NCBI GenBank assembly: GCA_950097015.1
Contig: CATNEN010000030.1
Span: 124,001-188,000, forward strand
Direction of reading: 5' to 3'
DNA: 64,000 nucleotides
From: Macrostomum hystrix
Taxonomy: Eukaryota; Animalia; Platyhelminthes
Position numbers and translations under genes: made by a program. Positions within the stretch are counted from its first letter, which is position 1; every line of letters starts with the position of its first letter. The notes beneath the pieces are model-generated. The model had not been told where the DNA came from. It did no database searches and saw only the letters and a list, made by a program, of their open reading frames with translations. Positions 1 to 12,821 of the stretch are shown here, one piece after another.

Positions 1-405
1 ATTGGATGATACGAGACCCATTAGGGATATAGGGGATATAGCAAGATATAGGGAAGAGACAAGACATAGGAGAGATTGACACTGGATGGGGATACATTTT
101 AATGGCATCAGTAGCTTTTCGCGCCATATCGGGTTGGCACAGGTAAATGCCCCAGACTAGCGTGGTAAGTAAGCGGCAGGAGTAACTAGGGCTTGGACTT
201 CTTAGCCAAGTGCCTCGTCATGTAATTAGTAAAACAAACAGTTGCTATCCAAACCCAGAAACTTACATCCGCAACAGAATTGATGAAGACTTGCAGATTC
301 TAATGCTTAGACTACCCCTAACCGTTAGGAAGCTCACGAATCAGCTCACGAATCAGCTCATACAATAGCTCATACATCAGGTCGCAACGTCCGCACCTTT
401 CACAG

Positions 406-798
406 GCGGAGCTCAGCCAGTTGAAGTTGGATCGTCAGCAGCAGCGCCAGCTGGCCGATCAGCAGCTACTGGAGGCCAACGCCCGCCTTAGCGAACAAGT
501 TCAACTACTCGAAGCTGCTAATTCGGCCATGTCAGACGAGCTGGCGCAGAAGGCGGCCCTAGTCAACCGCTGTCTGCCAGTCGACGACGCCTCCGACTCT
601 CAGTCACAGTCCCAGGGTCACTCCGCTCGAAGCCTGCGAGACATTGCAGAAGAGCTGGCGCTAAAGAATGTACACCTGGAGGCCGCTGTTGAACGGCTAG
701 CCCTGGAGCTGCAGGAACTGCAGCAGCAGCAGCGGACTGACAGCTCCGTTCAGAATCCCGTGGTGTCTTCAGGTACAGGTGCAAATCGAACAGTTTGA
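406..798 (+). CDS. GRIPAP1: Terminal coding exon of a GRIP1-associated protein 1 (GRASP-1)-like coiled-coil protein; upstream exons not identified
   Basis: Acceptor ctttcacag at 397-405 is in frame (AELSQLKLDRQ...). NARLSEQVQLLEAANSAMSDELAQKAALV and EELALKNVHLEAAVERLALEL match the two C-terminal GRIPAP1 blocks as I recall them ([47 protein letters not shown]). Stop TGA 796-798. The track's TTG start at 421 is not the real start. Confidence 0.7.
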   Translation, partial: AELSQLKLDRQQQRQLADQQLLEANARLSEQVQLLEAANSAMSDELAQKAALVNRCLPVDDASDSQSQSQGHSARSLRDIAEELALKNVHLEAAVERLALELQELQQQQRTDSSVQNPVVSSGTGANRTV

Positions 799-832
799 CC
801 TCCAAACTAAACAGAGATATTTGAAAGAAGAT

Positions 833-890
833 AGATTGTACAGCTAGTGGCACAGCCCCAGCCAATTTTCAGTCCATGGACTGGGGGGTT
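833..890 (-). mobile_element. 3' fragment of SINE family A just downstream of the GRIPAP1 stop
   Basis: tgtacag...tggcacagcc...ttcagtccatggactggg resembles the reverse complement of 50835-50910 and the plus strand of 17565-17640; palindrome CAGTCCATGGACTG at 870-883. Confidence 0.55.
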
Positions 891-1633
891 AGGGCGCCAC
901 ACCCGCACAAATATCTGATTCACCAGCTAAACCCCGGAATGAGATTTGAACTTGAGATCTATTATTAAAGCAAAGTATTATTAATGACAGTGGTGTCACA
1001 AGCCACTTGCCTTATCTGCCTGGTATCTGTTCTAGTTTTTGTCCTAAACCCAACTACTTTAACCTAAACTATATTATTTAAGTAACTTTTACAAAACAAT
1101 ATGAAGGATTGTAAAAACAAATGCTACTACTTTTAGTAATATCGCATGATTTAGACAACAATATCATTGTTGCCTTAAATATTTTTGTAGTCAATTTTTT
1201 ACTCGAACTAGCATATTTATAAGTTGCAACGAATACTTACGACAAGATATATTCTCTCTCTGCTTGGATACTACTTAATACCTTTGTACTTCCAGCATTC
1301 CAACCGTATGACTTCACTTGGCATGACTTTGAGCTCACAAATTGACGCATTGGCTTGTTTTTTGTTTTATTTGACTACAGCTTTTTAGCCAGTTATGTCT
1401 ACCATAAATTACATGTACATACAAGGCATGCTCCTTTTTGTTTTCCAGTTTTCCTCTCATGTTATTTTCGCTAGCCAAATAATAAATCAATAAGTGGTTT
1501 TGTAGCACAATCATGTTAGTTTGTCCAAACTATATTGAAAAAACTAAGAAAATAGTTTCCTTCTCATTTTGCTTTGTCAAAACTCCAACTTGAATGTTTT
1601 ATGAGATTAATCTCATTTTAATCTCTCTAACAC

Positions 1634-2570
1634 CAGTTAACTGACTGCTCACTCCTATCTCAGATCCTCAGTTAACTGACTGCTCACTCCAATCTCAGAT
1701 CCTCAGTTAACTGACTGCTCACTCCAATCTCAGATCCTCAGTTAACTGACTGCTCACTCCTATCTCAGATCCTCAGTTAACTGACTGCTCACTCCAATCT
1801 CAGATCCCCAGTTAACTGACTGCTCACTCCAATCTCAGATCCTCAGTTAACTGACTGCTCACTCCAATCTCAGATCCTCAGTTAACTGACTGCTCACTCC
1901 AATCTCAGATCCCCAGTTAACTGACTGCTCACTCCAATCTCAGATCCTCAGTTAACTGACTGCTCACTCCAATCTCAGATCCTCAGTTAACTGACTGCTC
2001 ACTCCAATCTCAGATCCTCAGTTAACTGACTGCTCACTCCAATCTCAGATCCTCAGTTAACTGACTGCTCACTCCAATCTCAGATCCCCAGTTAACTGAC
2101 TGCTCACTCCAATCTCAGATCCTCAGTTAACTGACTGCTCACTCCAATCTCAGATCCTCATTTAACTGACTGCTCACTCCAATCTCAGATCCTCATTTAA
2201 CTGACTGCTCACTCCAATCTCAGATCCCCAGTTAACTGACTGCTCACTCCAATCTCAGTTAACTGACTGCTCACTCCAATCTCAGATCCTCAGTTAACTG
2301 ACTGCTCACTCCTATCTCAGATCCTCAGTTAACTGACTGCTCACTCCTATCTCAGATCCTCAGTTAACTGACTGCTCACTCCTATCTCAGATCCTCAGTT
2401 AACTGACTGCTCACTCCTATCTCAGATCCTCAGTTAACTGACTGCTCACTCCAATCTCAGATCCCCAGTTAACTGACTGCTCACTCCAATCTCAGTTAAC
2501 TGACTGCTCACTCCAATCTCAGATCCTCAGTTAACTGACTGCTCACTCCAATCTCAGATCCCCAGTTAAC
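1634..2570. repeat. 35-bp minisatellite, about 27 copies (cagttaactgactgctcactccaatctcagatcct)
   Basis: Units start at 1634, 1669, ...; two units lack 8 nt (atcctcag); no spacers. Confidence 0.97.
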
Positions 2571-3092
2571 GGTACTCCGATTTGAGTACATTCCCAGCGG
2601 GCTATTATTATCAAATCATTGAATACAGAACAAAAATGTTGATTTTCGGTGAGGCAAATTTAACGATCCTCAAAAAGCTTGAACGAATCTTTGAAACATA
2701 ACCGAGTGTATGAGTGTGCACAAATTTTATTTGTCAAACAAAATTCTGCATTGGATTAAATTAAATCAATGCAATTAGCTCCAAAAAGCAAGGCAGAATT
2801 TTTATATAAACACGAGAAAAAAATACAAGTTAGCCCAAATGTGAAGACGGATGGATACGAGTAGGAATAGTACGAGCTATGATTTCATCAATAACATCTA
2901 ACCCAAAGATGCAACTTTTAAGATTTTATATATGTATATTCCTCAGACAAAAGGTTGAATCCCGTTTTATCGCTAACAGGAAACAGAAAATTTGGTAAAA
3001 CTTTAAGCTGGTCCGCGCTTGCACTTTGTGGAGTGAAATAATACACAATAAGTACATTTAATATACTCGTAAACTCGAGTCAATATATCATC

Positions 3093-3897
3093 GGGTTCGA
3101 GGCGATTCTCATATGGTTTGAGGCGGTTCTCATAGGGTAGGAGGCGATTCTCATAGGGTAGGAGGCGATTCTCATATGGTTCGAGGCGATTCTCATAGGG
3201 TAGGAGGCGATTCTCATAGGGTAGGAGGCGATTCTCATATGGTTCGAGGCGATTCTCATAGGGTTGGAGGCGATTCTTATAGGGTAGGAGGCAATTCTTA
3301 TAGGGTTGGAGGCGATTCTCATAGGGTAGGAGGCGATTCTCATATGGTTCGAGGCGATTCTCATATGGTTGGAGGCGATTCTCATAGAGTAAAAGGCGAT
3401 TCTCATAGGGTAGGAGGCGATTCTCATATGGTTGGAGGCGATTCTCATATGGTTGGAGGCGATTCTCATATGGTTGGAGGCGATTCTCATAGGGTAGCAG
3501 GCGATTCTCATTTGGTTGGAGGCGATTCTCATAGGGTAGCAGGCGATTCTCATAGGCTTGGAGGCGATTCTCATAGGGTAGGAGGCGATTCTCATAGGGT
3601 TGGAGGCGATTTTCATATGGTTGGAGGCGATTCTCATAGGGTTGGGGGCGATTCTCATAGGCTTGGAGGCGATTCTCATAGGGTTGGAGGCGATTCTCAT
3701 AAGGTAGGAGGCGATTCTCATAGGGTTGGAGGCGATTCTCATAGGCTTGGAGGCGATTCTCATAGGGTAGGAGGCGATTCTCATATGGTTGGAGGCGATT
3801 CTCATATGGTTGGAGGCGATTCTCATAGGGTAGGAGGCGATTCTCATATGGTTCGAGGCGATTCTCATAGGGTAGGAGGCGATTCTCATAGGGTAGG
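3093..3897. repeat. 21-bp minisatellite, about 38 copies (ggaggcgattctcatagggta and variants)
   Basis: Direct tandem repeat; explains the 7-aa periodic ORFs on both strands. Confidence 0.97.
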
Positions 3898-6025
3898 ATG
3901 CATTTTAACCTTGATACCAAGGGTGAGATCGACCATTAAAACAGGAGAATCGACTATACCTTGAACTTGTTTAGTCGGGGTAGTTAAGAGGTAAAGATCT
4001 AAGCATTAAAGTGAGTTTGTGGAGGTTGCGCTAAAATAGGACTGTTGCCAAAGCTTGCATGTGATCATAGCGGACCAGATTTCCAATGAGGGCAAATCAT
4101 AGTTGACATTTTAATCTTTGCAAACAAGTGAACTGGTGGGAGTAGATAAGCAGTGCGAGAGGAAATAAAAATCAATTCCACAAAGGAAAGACTGGCCAGC
4201 AGATGAAGTAGGGGTCGATTTTTGTCCAACAGAGAAAAAGGCGAAGAAATCGCTCTCAACATTAATTAATTTAGTGGTCCGAGTGTGAAATCTGTAAAAA
4301 AAGAATCCTAGCAATATCAGAGGCAAATGAGCACAGAAGCCACATAAATAAATTCAATCTGGAAGGTCAAGTAGTTCATTAGCTTTGTACAAGTCTCGAG
4401 CCAATTCTTCGTGTGGCAAATAGTTACGCATAAGAATTCTATGAATAATATAGAAGAGTAAATATCATGTAAATGATAGCGCAAGCAGCACTGGACAAAG
4501 AAAGCACATGTCTAATAACAGTATAATATCTGATCAGTACGTATATGAGTAAACAAAATAAACACACGGGCTTTGACTAGATTCTCGCTAAATAACAACT
4601 TGATTGCCTTCATAATAGTCTGTTTTAATGTATCAGCAGCAAGGAACGAACAGCCAACACAATACGAGTAAAATAAAGCTGCTCTATTTTTCTTTTCTTT
4701 TAAAAGGCAGAAAAACGTGAACAAAAACCCATAACCAGCTGAAAAACCACTCCAAGACAAATTGAGAGAAAAAAAACAGAAGAAAGCACCAAAAAAGGTG
4801 GTTGAAAAACAAAAAACCTCGAGCAGTAGCCGCTGCTGCTGTTGCTTACTTGTTTTTTATGTTTTAAGCAACAGCAGAAATAAAAATCGGGCTTTTAAAA
4901 AAGATGAAACACAAAAGAAATCAGGCAATAAAAGCTGTTTAATTAATATTTTATGCCGAAGAAAAACAAGCAGCCAAATGTAGATTCTGACACATTTTCT
5001 TTCATCAGGAACTAGTTAATCAAAGGTGTAAAATAGAAGCGATGCGTTCAAATAGACGAGATTAAGGAAATTAAAACAAAACTCACATACAAGTGAGACC
5101 TAAATATTCCATCGCACATAATAAAAATAAAATTATCATAAGCCGTGTAATAAAATTATATATATGTTCAAACTGTAAATGTGCAAATAATTGCACACTG
5201 CAAATTGCACTCTGTGAAGCCTGGGCAAATAACATTTGTTTCCACAAGCAAAAGTGGAGAAAGATTATGATGAGTAGGTGAGAGCCAGTTTTAAACGCGA
5301 AGCACAGTTTTCAGCTAATTCGAACTAAAAAATAAGGACTTTGAAAGTTTTACAAGCAAGTTTTACCAGCTTCAATGTCAATAAAGGTCCGGGGTGCTAT
5401 AGGAATTACATTTTTATCAGTAGAAAGACCACGGATTTCAAATACGCAGTTTTCAGTTTTTTTCTGTATCTCCTAAAATATTCAACCAATAGACATGTAA
5501 GTCCAGAACACGGGCTAAAATTTTCCGCTCTATCCGATGAAACAACTTCCAGAATCAAGAAACATCGTGATACTCAACGATTCTCGTCGTGGCGTCTGGT
5601 GGCAAAAACCACCAATAAAGGCATGATTTTTCTGCTCACAAAATGCCATCACGTGACCACGTTGGCTATCATTTTTTACTATTTTAAATTGATTAAATTG
5701 TTGTTTTTTACTTTGAACATATATGGATTCGCCATACGACTATAGGCTTATACAGAGCAATGCCTGGCTCTGTATAAGCCTACTGGTACTGGCCTTGTCA
5801 CCAGGCTCTTCGAAAATAAGCGCCGACTTTGGTGGACTTTTACAAAAAATCGGTCATAGCGTGGTCTTTCTACTGTTACTGGATTTAAAAAGAGAAATAA
5901 GTCAAAACTTTAGAAATTTATTTTAAGAAATAGATTCCTAAAATTTACTGGAAGTGTCGTTCTTCGAATTCGATTTAAAAAGTGAGATTCCCTTTTCAGA
6001 CAGACATTGATAGATATAATACTAG

Positions 6026-8958
6026 TCACGCTTTATCTGGCAAACGTCGCGCAGAAGAGGCAGCAGCAGCAGCAGCAGCCGTGGAGGTTGCCGCCATAGT
6101 GATGGTGCCGCTGCCGCTAGCAACTGTTGAAGTAGCTGGCGCTGACGAACTCGAATCCAGACGACCATCGCCGCGGGCGGCAGCTGAAGCGCCCAGCTGG
6201 CCCAGAGCCCGTTCGCAGAAGTCGGCCAGCAGGCGCTCGACCAGCTGCGAGTCCGGACAGCACAGGTTGGGCAAGCCCAGCCGAGCCCGCAGACGGCTAA
6301 ACCGACTGTCCAGACGGTCGAGAAGTTCAGAGTCCAGCGAAGATAGCGGAGGCGATTCCAGCGAAGAGGCTTCAAGCGACATAAGTGCGAGGTTGAGCGC
6401 CTGATCTAGATTTTCCAAGGCCAGCTGGGCACATGTCGATGGACAGACGGTCTGAATGGAACATTCCAGAGTTGACGCAGCAGTAACTGGCGGAGGCGCC
6501 GGCGCCTCCGGTTGGCGCGCTGCTGGCGGTGGAGGCTGTCGATGATGAACGGCGGCCGCCGCTGGAGACGGCTTCGGATGCACCGGCGGAGGATGCGAGG
6601 GAGACGACTGAGCGGGGGCGCCAGCGGTGGAAGCCGCAGTTGGTCGGCTGGAGGAGCCGGCGGCCACGCGGCGACGGTTGCTGAGCATGCCGCTGAGCAT
6701 GCTGTTAACGTCGAGCTTGCGAGGCCGCCTAGACGATGCTGAAGACGGCGCCGATACAGACGTCGATGTGGAGGTCGACGGTGAAGCGGCTGAATTATTT
6801 GACGGAGATGGCGACGGTAATAGCGTGGCGCACGATACCGAGGTTGAAGTAGCATCTTCATCTTCGTGCTCGTCGATAACGTGCTCTCGAGCACGAGACG
6901 ATGATGCTGAGGCAATCACTGTCGTAGCGGCGGACGATGCAGCGGAAGTCGCAGTCGGAGTCGGCGTTGTAGACGGCGGTGGCAGCGGAGGTGTCGGCGT
7001 TGTGTCGACCGGAATGGCCACGATTGGCACCGGGGCGATGATAACATGAGCTGGTACTGCCGAAGACACGGAGGCCAGGGTGTGTGTGCTCTCCGTTAGG
7101 GAGTCGGTCGGCGAAATGGTCGATTCGCGAGTCGGTGAAACCGATGACAAGCGGTCGTCGTCAATGGCTGCAGCAGGGAGAGCTGCAGTAACGGTGGTAG
7201 ATTTTATTTCTAAAGACAACAGTGTCGACTCAAAAATTGTCGCCGTCGTGGGGACCGCAGCCGTTGACACAGCCGATTGAATTGTTGACTGTGTCGACGA
7301 CAGAGGCGGCGACGCCGACGGAGATGCGGCGGCTAGAAGTCGGCGCGCCTCCTGAACGTCGTCCGATGTGACGGGGCAGCTGAGCCGAGCCAGGCGCCGG
7401 GTCAGCTTGCTAGTTCGGTCCCAACGAGCGCGGACCGGCGGAACAGCTTCACCGGCGGCATCACTGCCAAGCCGCTCAGCCTCCGGATGATCAGCTACCT
7501 GGCTCTGATGAATTTCATCGACAGGTTTTGTTGGAAGCTCCACCTGCTTCTGCTGCTGCAATTCTGGCGTTGGTGACCGCGTCGACGGCACCTCGAAGGT
7601 GACACTCGGCCTAGTGTTGCTGCTGCTAGAAGAAGCCACAGACTTGCCAACAGACTGCGGCCGGCGGAAGCCGCGAAGACTCCTGGCGCCCAGGCTGGCA
7701 GAGGAGCGGCTGGCCTCGCGGCTCAGGTTACTACCGGCCGGCTGTCGATTCGCAGTCCGCGGCTTTGTAAACGACGACGAAGAGGACGAGGTCAACGGCG
7801 CAGGCAGCTCGTTACCACTGAGCGCCTGCAGGCGGCGGCGCGTGTTCTCCGCCATCTTTGCGAAGCTCTCTCGCGGTTTTCCAGCAATCACGGAGCCGCC
7901 GCCGCTTGCCGGCGAGGCTGTTGAAACCGGGCAAGAATCGGTGTTAGCTACAATCGATGACGACGTAGAAGAACGGCATCGAAGGCTCTGCGATCGAACC
8001 AATGGCTGGGAAGCAATAGTAGAAGCGGAGGAAGACGTTTGCTGCTGCGGAGAAGGCGGCTGCTGCTTTCTATTGGCGGCAAATCTGGCGCTTAGGCTGC
8101 GGCGGGCCGGATTGTCGCCAGGCAGCACCGAGGCGTCCAGCGCGAGAAGCAATGAGGCGGCCGGAGCCGGCGTGTCGAAGCTGCTGACACCATTTAGAGG
8201 ATCTTCATCAACGGGTGTCGGCGGATCTTCGGCTCCATCCTCGTCTAGGCCGGAGGCGCTCTTTGCTCGACGAACAATGCGCGACTGAACCACCGGGACG
8301 TCTCTACCGGCGTTAATGACGGCAAAGATAGGGAAATTCTGCTGCTGATCCGGCAGCTCAGCGGGTCCGGATTGACTGGTTGGTCCCGTTAGAAACTGCG
8401 CTGGCTGCGGAGGCGGCGAAGATGACGGCGAGAACGGATTGAAGGCATCACCGGACGCAATCGCCGCAGTGCAGATGGTGGGCTGGTCAGCAGCCAGCTT
8501 TCTCTGTGCCCAGGCGGGCAAGCCGAGGTTCAAGCTGAAGCCTTCAGCCTCAGCCTGGCCCATGATGCGAACTAATCCTGTGTCCAAGGAGCCGGCGCAG
8601 GACACCAGCTCAGAGACGCTCTCCGCCTCCTCAGACTCGGCACCATCAGTAGCTCCGCCGTAGTCTTCGCTCTCGCCGTAGCCATTACTAGCGTAGCTAT
8701 TGGACTCGTACAGCCTGTGACGCATGCGCATTGTCATAGAGACCGGTAGGCGCCAGACGAATACGCAACCGTCGGCGCCAGTGGACACCAGGTAGCGCAG
8801 GTTGGGCAGAAACGCAAGGCCAAGCGGAGACTCAGAATGGCCTTGACAGACAGCCACTGCTTGGCCAGTTTGGAAATCTATCACGCTAATGTCCTTGTCC
8901 GAGCTGGCTGTGGCCAGGAAACAGCCGGACGGATCCAGGGCGCAGTGAATCAGCGAGC
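6026..8958 (-). CDS. WDR62: WDR62/MAPKBP1 exon 5 (last WD40 repeats, long S/P/A-rich region, C-terminal helical domain)
   Basis: Acceptor ccctgtcgcag (AG 8960-8959), phase 1, joins EDG|SLIHCALDPSGCFLATASSDKD, matching MAPKBP1 EDGTLIKVQTDPSG..ATSCSDK. C-terminal LVERLLADFCERALGQL resembles the family's terminal helix. TGA at 6028-6026. Confidence 0.92.
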
Positions 8959-9124
8959 CTGCGACAGGGCAAGGGGAAATGAGTGAGCAAATGCCCTGAA
9001 TAAAAAAATACGAGTAACTGCAGGAGGGCTGTGGGCAATGGCACATCATTGTTTGACAGTAGACCCGCATCCAGCCAGGAGGCAATTCTGCCCATTTCGC
9101 TGACTCCTGAGCACACACGCACTA

Positions 9125-9524
9125 AGATAATAATAAAATATAATAATTGACACTAGACCCAAGGGCCAGTGCAGGTGTTGTGTCAGGCACACTAGCAGGT
9201 GGGGACTGCACACCTATTGTACTCCCCGGCTCTCTCGGACACCGGTTGACAGCCGCGTGTCAGCAATGGAATTTATTTTTCCAAACATATCGGCAGCATC
9301 CAAACCCCACAGAATTGCCGCACAGAACTGCTTTATTCCACGCCAGCCGGAATTATTATTACCCGACGAAATGTCGGTACTCATTTGCAGCTGAGTAGAC
9401 TGTGTGCACATCAGGGCAAAGCAGCTTGCCAAAGGCTGCACGAATATTTCTAGACTAGGTCGGGAGTCGAACTCAGGACCATCTGATCCAGAGTCCGACA
9501 CCTTACTGACTGAGCTATCCGCCC
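9125..9524 (-). mobile_element. tRNA-derived SINE, family A (MetaSINE-like), in WDR62 intron 4
   Basis: Minus strand: A box tagctcagtcagt, B box gttcgactcc (9472-9463), central cagtctactcagctgcaaatgagtacc (9402-9376), (TTA)-rich tail near 9127-9147. Confidence 0.7.
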
Positions 9525-9548
9525 ATAGCTCACTGAGATACCGTACGC

Positions 9549-9776
9549 AGGCACACGCTCACAGGTGTGTACATTTGCGCTGACTTTCTCATCGTCAGGG
9601 CAGTGTACACCTCACTAAGCCTTGGAGGTAAGCCCTCAGGCGTAAATTGCATGACAAGCCCCCAAGCCTTCTCTCCGTGGCTGCGCCCCAAATTAATGTG
9701 GCCTCGCCGCGGAATCGAACTTAGGGACCTTGGTGCAAGAGAGGCAGACGCGTTAATCGCTCTGCCACCGACCCCC
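9549..9776 (-). mobile_element. tRNA-derived SINE, family B, copy 1 (WDR62 intron 4)
   Basis: Minus strand: A box tggcagagcga, B box gttcgattcc (9720-9711); about 140-bp body aligns by eye with 12356-12497. Confidence 0.75.
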
Positions 9777-10228
9777 TAGCAGTAGAAAGACCAGGCTATT
9801 GTTCGACCTGGGGAAAAACCACGGGGATATTTCAAACACCCAATGCCTACTTAACGATAGATCCCAAACCGAATGACAGATTTTCGTGATAGTTCACAAT
9901 ATGTATAAAACTTTTCCGCCTTTTACGAGTATTACGATGAAATAATTTTTCAGACCGTTGGACGTCAGCAACGAGGACAACTTAGTGGTCTTTCTAGTGT
10001 TAACAGATAGTTCACTGTGTATTGGAGGATTTTCGGCAGGATACACGTACCAATTGGGTGGAGTTTTGTAGTGACATTTTCCTTTTCCTACCTGTCACTT
10101 TGATGGCCATACTTTGATAGTGTTTCTATTTAAACTGGTCAAATTATTATAACTTTCCAGGGCTTGATAAGTGAGATTGGAGCTCGTTTTTCAATGAATG
10201 AAAAATGAATAAATCAATCGAGTCATAC

Positions 10229-11399
10229 CATCCTCTCCCATAGCGCCGCGCAGTGTGCGCCGAAGCTTGCCACTCAGGGCGCTGTAGACTCGGACGCTGC
10301 GATCCTGGCAGGCCACAGCCAGTAACTGCCTGTGACAATCCATGGCGTACTGTGAGCAGCGGCTCTGCACATTGTGCTCTAAGCTGAGTTTAGGCGACCA
10401 AGGCTCTGTTAGGTCAAGCCGGCGCAGTAGCAGCGATTTGTCTGTGCCACAGGTGACTAGTCGCCGGCCGCCGTCGGCTAGTTCAACAACTTTAGCACCG
10501 TAGACTGCGCCGGAATGATCATCAATGGTAGCTAGCAGCTGCAGGCCACCGCCACCAACGCCATCAATGCCGAACAGGTGAACCAGGCGATCGCGAGAAG
10601 CCGACACCAGCAGGTCCGGCTCAGTCGGCACCCTGGACTGGTAATAATCCAATTGTAGCACTTCACCGTCGTGCGCCTCAACGCAGGCGGCCTCCTCCGG
10701 GTAGCCGTTCTCCAGAGCGAATAGGCGCAGATTGCCGGACCGGTCCCCGATGGCCAGCCAGCGACCGTCGGCGCTGAACCGGACGGCCCGAACGCCGCTA
10801 GCCGATGCGGAGTCGTCAATAGCGGCGCTCTGACTATTACTATTAGTATTGATAATGTTAACTGGAGATGCTGAGCCGCCAGAGCTGCTGCCAATTCTAC
10901 TAGAGCCGGTGCCGCCTGTACCGTTGCCGGCGCGCCGCAGATCGGCGAATCGATCCTCAACAAGTAGATCTCGCCTATCCAACAAGTACAGGATGCGTAC
11001 TAATGAGCCCTGAGGATTCCACATGCGGACTGTGTTATCAGCGCCGCAGGTGGCAAAGGTGTTGCCAGGCAGGCAGGCGGCACTGCGGATGGCGTCAACG
11101 CCCCACACGTAGCCATTGTGATAGTGCTGGGCCAGTACACGCTTGGCTTTAGCTGGCTCAGCAATGTCCCAAGCGTAGAGGCTGTGATCTGCGTAGACCG
11201 CAATAAGGCGCTTACGGTTGTTGTCTACGGCTACGGCGACAGCGTCGGGATAGTCGACAGTTTCGTCTGCTGGCAGAGACGTAGTCGGCGAATTCGGTCT
11301 GCCCAGCTGGTCGCCTGCGATGGCGTCGCGCAGATCGGCGCCCAGACTGTGCGGCAACGGCAGGGAGAAGAGAAAGCGGAGAGTCTGCTCGTCAAAGGC
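10229..11399 (-). CDS. WDR62: WDR62/MAPKBP1 exon 4 (WD40 repeats)
   Basis: Acceptor cctgcag|GCC (phase 0; GCVR|AFDEQTLRFLFSLPLPHSLG); donor GATG|gtatga at 10228; WD motifs LYAWD, TVRMWN, RSVRVY. Confidence 0.92.
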
Positions 11400-11700
11400 C
11401 TGCAGGCGTAGGTTAAATGGCAGCAATGATTTTCGATGCTTTAACAGTAGAAAGACCTATTTTTGCCACCAGACACCACGACGAGAATCGGTGAATATCT
11501 CGGTGATGCTGATGTTTTGTGATTCTGGAGTTGTTTCATCAAATTCCTTGAATAATGTCGAAGGCAGTGAGACGCCTTGAAAAAGTCCGAAATCTCCTAT
11601 ATTTAGGTCGGCAAACAACAGAGCAAACTACGACTATGCACCTGAAATTCCTATATAGATAGGGTAGCACTAAACGATACCCAAGCAGTCGAGCTCTTAC

Positions 11701-12184
11701 CCTGACGCAGCCTCTCGCGCAGCCGACAAACACCCGGCCGGCGGCGCCGTGAAGGCAGAAAGCCCGACTAGTTCGCAATTCGACAAAGCGTTCAACGTGT
11801 CGACGCTCAGAGAAATGACAGAGCTGGCCGCTGCTGCTGAGGGCAAGGAGACCGCCACCGTCTGGCAGCGGGTGCGCACCGACAAACGTGGCATTACGCA
11901 TGTCGCCCAAGATAGCGTTGCGGCTTTGAATTGGCACGGTGCCAACACGGCCGGATAGTTTAGGCGCGTCGAAATACCAGAAGCGAACGTGACGAACTCC
12001 GACGGTGACAAAATAGTGCGCATTGAAGGCGAACGCTACGGCAAATATGCGCGACGAGACTTTATTAGTTGCTAGGCGAGTCTCGGCGCGCCAGTCCCAC
12101 AGGCTGACGGTCATGTCTTGTTCAACGCCGACGCTGACTAGCAGGCGAGACGAGGGGCTGAAGTCCAGACAGCTGATAGCGTAT
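11701..12184 (-). CDS. WDR62: WDR62/MAPKBP1 exon 3 (WD40 repeats)
   Basis: Acceptor ctgtctag|A completes GHR|YAISCLDFSPSSRLLVSVGVEQDMTVSLWDW; donor AGG|gtaaga at 11700; NKVSSR and RHVRFWY match MAPKBP1. Confidence 0.92.
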
Positions 12185-12249
12185 CTAGACAGAGTCCAGG
12201 TGTTGGATTAGCTTCATGTTTTTATTGGCCTAGTACTCAAAAGGGTGGG

Positions 12250-12497
12250 TTGGAGCCCAGTGGTTAGAGCTGAAGACCTCTGACCGACAGGTCGGGTGTT
12301 CGAATCTCAAAATTCTAAAGAGAAGCAACTTGTGCCATTGAGTAAGGTAAGAGATAGGCGCAGCCGCGGAGAGAAGGCTTGGGGGCTTGTTGTGCAATTT
12401 AAGCTCCTGAGGGCCAACCTCCAAGGCACAGTAAAAGTGCATACTGCCTGACGATGAGAAACCCAGGGCAGATGTACACACCTGTGTGCGTGTGTGC
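12250..12497 (+). mobile_element. tRNA-derived SINE, family B, copy 2 (WDR62 intron 2)
   Basis: A-box-like cccagtggttagagc, B box gttcgaatct 12298-12307; body ggcgcagccgcggagagaaggcttgggggcttg... is the inverted homologue of 9549-9687. Confidence 0.75.
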
Positions 12498-12821
12498 TCT
12501 GGAGTTAGCGAAACGGGCAGAATTGCCTCTTCGCTGGCCGCAGGTCGTGTCACTAAATGATGCGCCATTGCCTGCAGCCCTCGTGCTAATAGTTAGATCG
12601 TGCTATCATCTGTATGGTACTCCAAGCAAATCATACTCAGCATTTGCTTGGAGTAGAAATTTGACTGGGCGCTGAGACCACACAAAAGTACATGGACCAG
12701 TGGCTGCACATCTGGCCAAACTCGGGTAGGTGCAATTTACCTGTCCATGAAATAAATTCCAATAAATTCTGTAACCATGAGCTTACGGAACAGCTTGCAG
12801 CAAGCATAGTCAAATAATTAC

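Noticed and set aside
1634-2570. CRISPR-like appearance of 29-40-bp partly palindromic repeats (also 13221-14126, 18476-18868, 56022-56982)
   Set aside because: Units are head-to-tail with no unique spacers, there are no cas genes, and the context is eukaryotic.
3003-3964. Long periodic ORFs (PYENRLQ, MRIASNP, VGGDSHR) and similar ones at 15570, 47095-47556, 48701-49431, 52934-53489, 60272-60991, 62179-62627
   Set aside because: By-products of tandem repeats lacking stops in some frames; several frames and both strands are open at once.
5982-8663. Plus-strand and off-frame ORFs overlapping WDR62 exon 5; likewise shadows over RPS16, CREB, Gag-Pol and FAT4
   Set aside because: Antisense or alternate-frame shadows of GC-rich coding sequence with no recognisable motifs.
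8959-9118. N-terminal 53 aa of the 1030-aa track ORF, and the tail 42603-42689 of the 1632-aa ORF
   Set aside because: Intronic read-through; splice sites and homology place the boundaries at 8958 and 42602.
9455-9524. Apparent tRNA genes (also near 9700-9776, 12250-12310, 16975-17038, 17720-17782, 50687-50760)
   Set aside because: A and B boxes are present but acceptor and T stems do not pair, and each runs into a shared SINE body.
12448-12463. Hammerhead-like CTGACGA...GAAAC in SINE family B
   Set aside because: Only 3 nt separate CUGACGA from GAAA, so stem II cannot form; the other copy reads GAAAGTCAG and is a simple hairpin.
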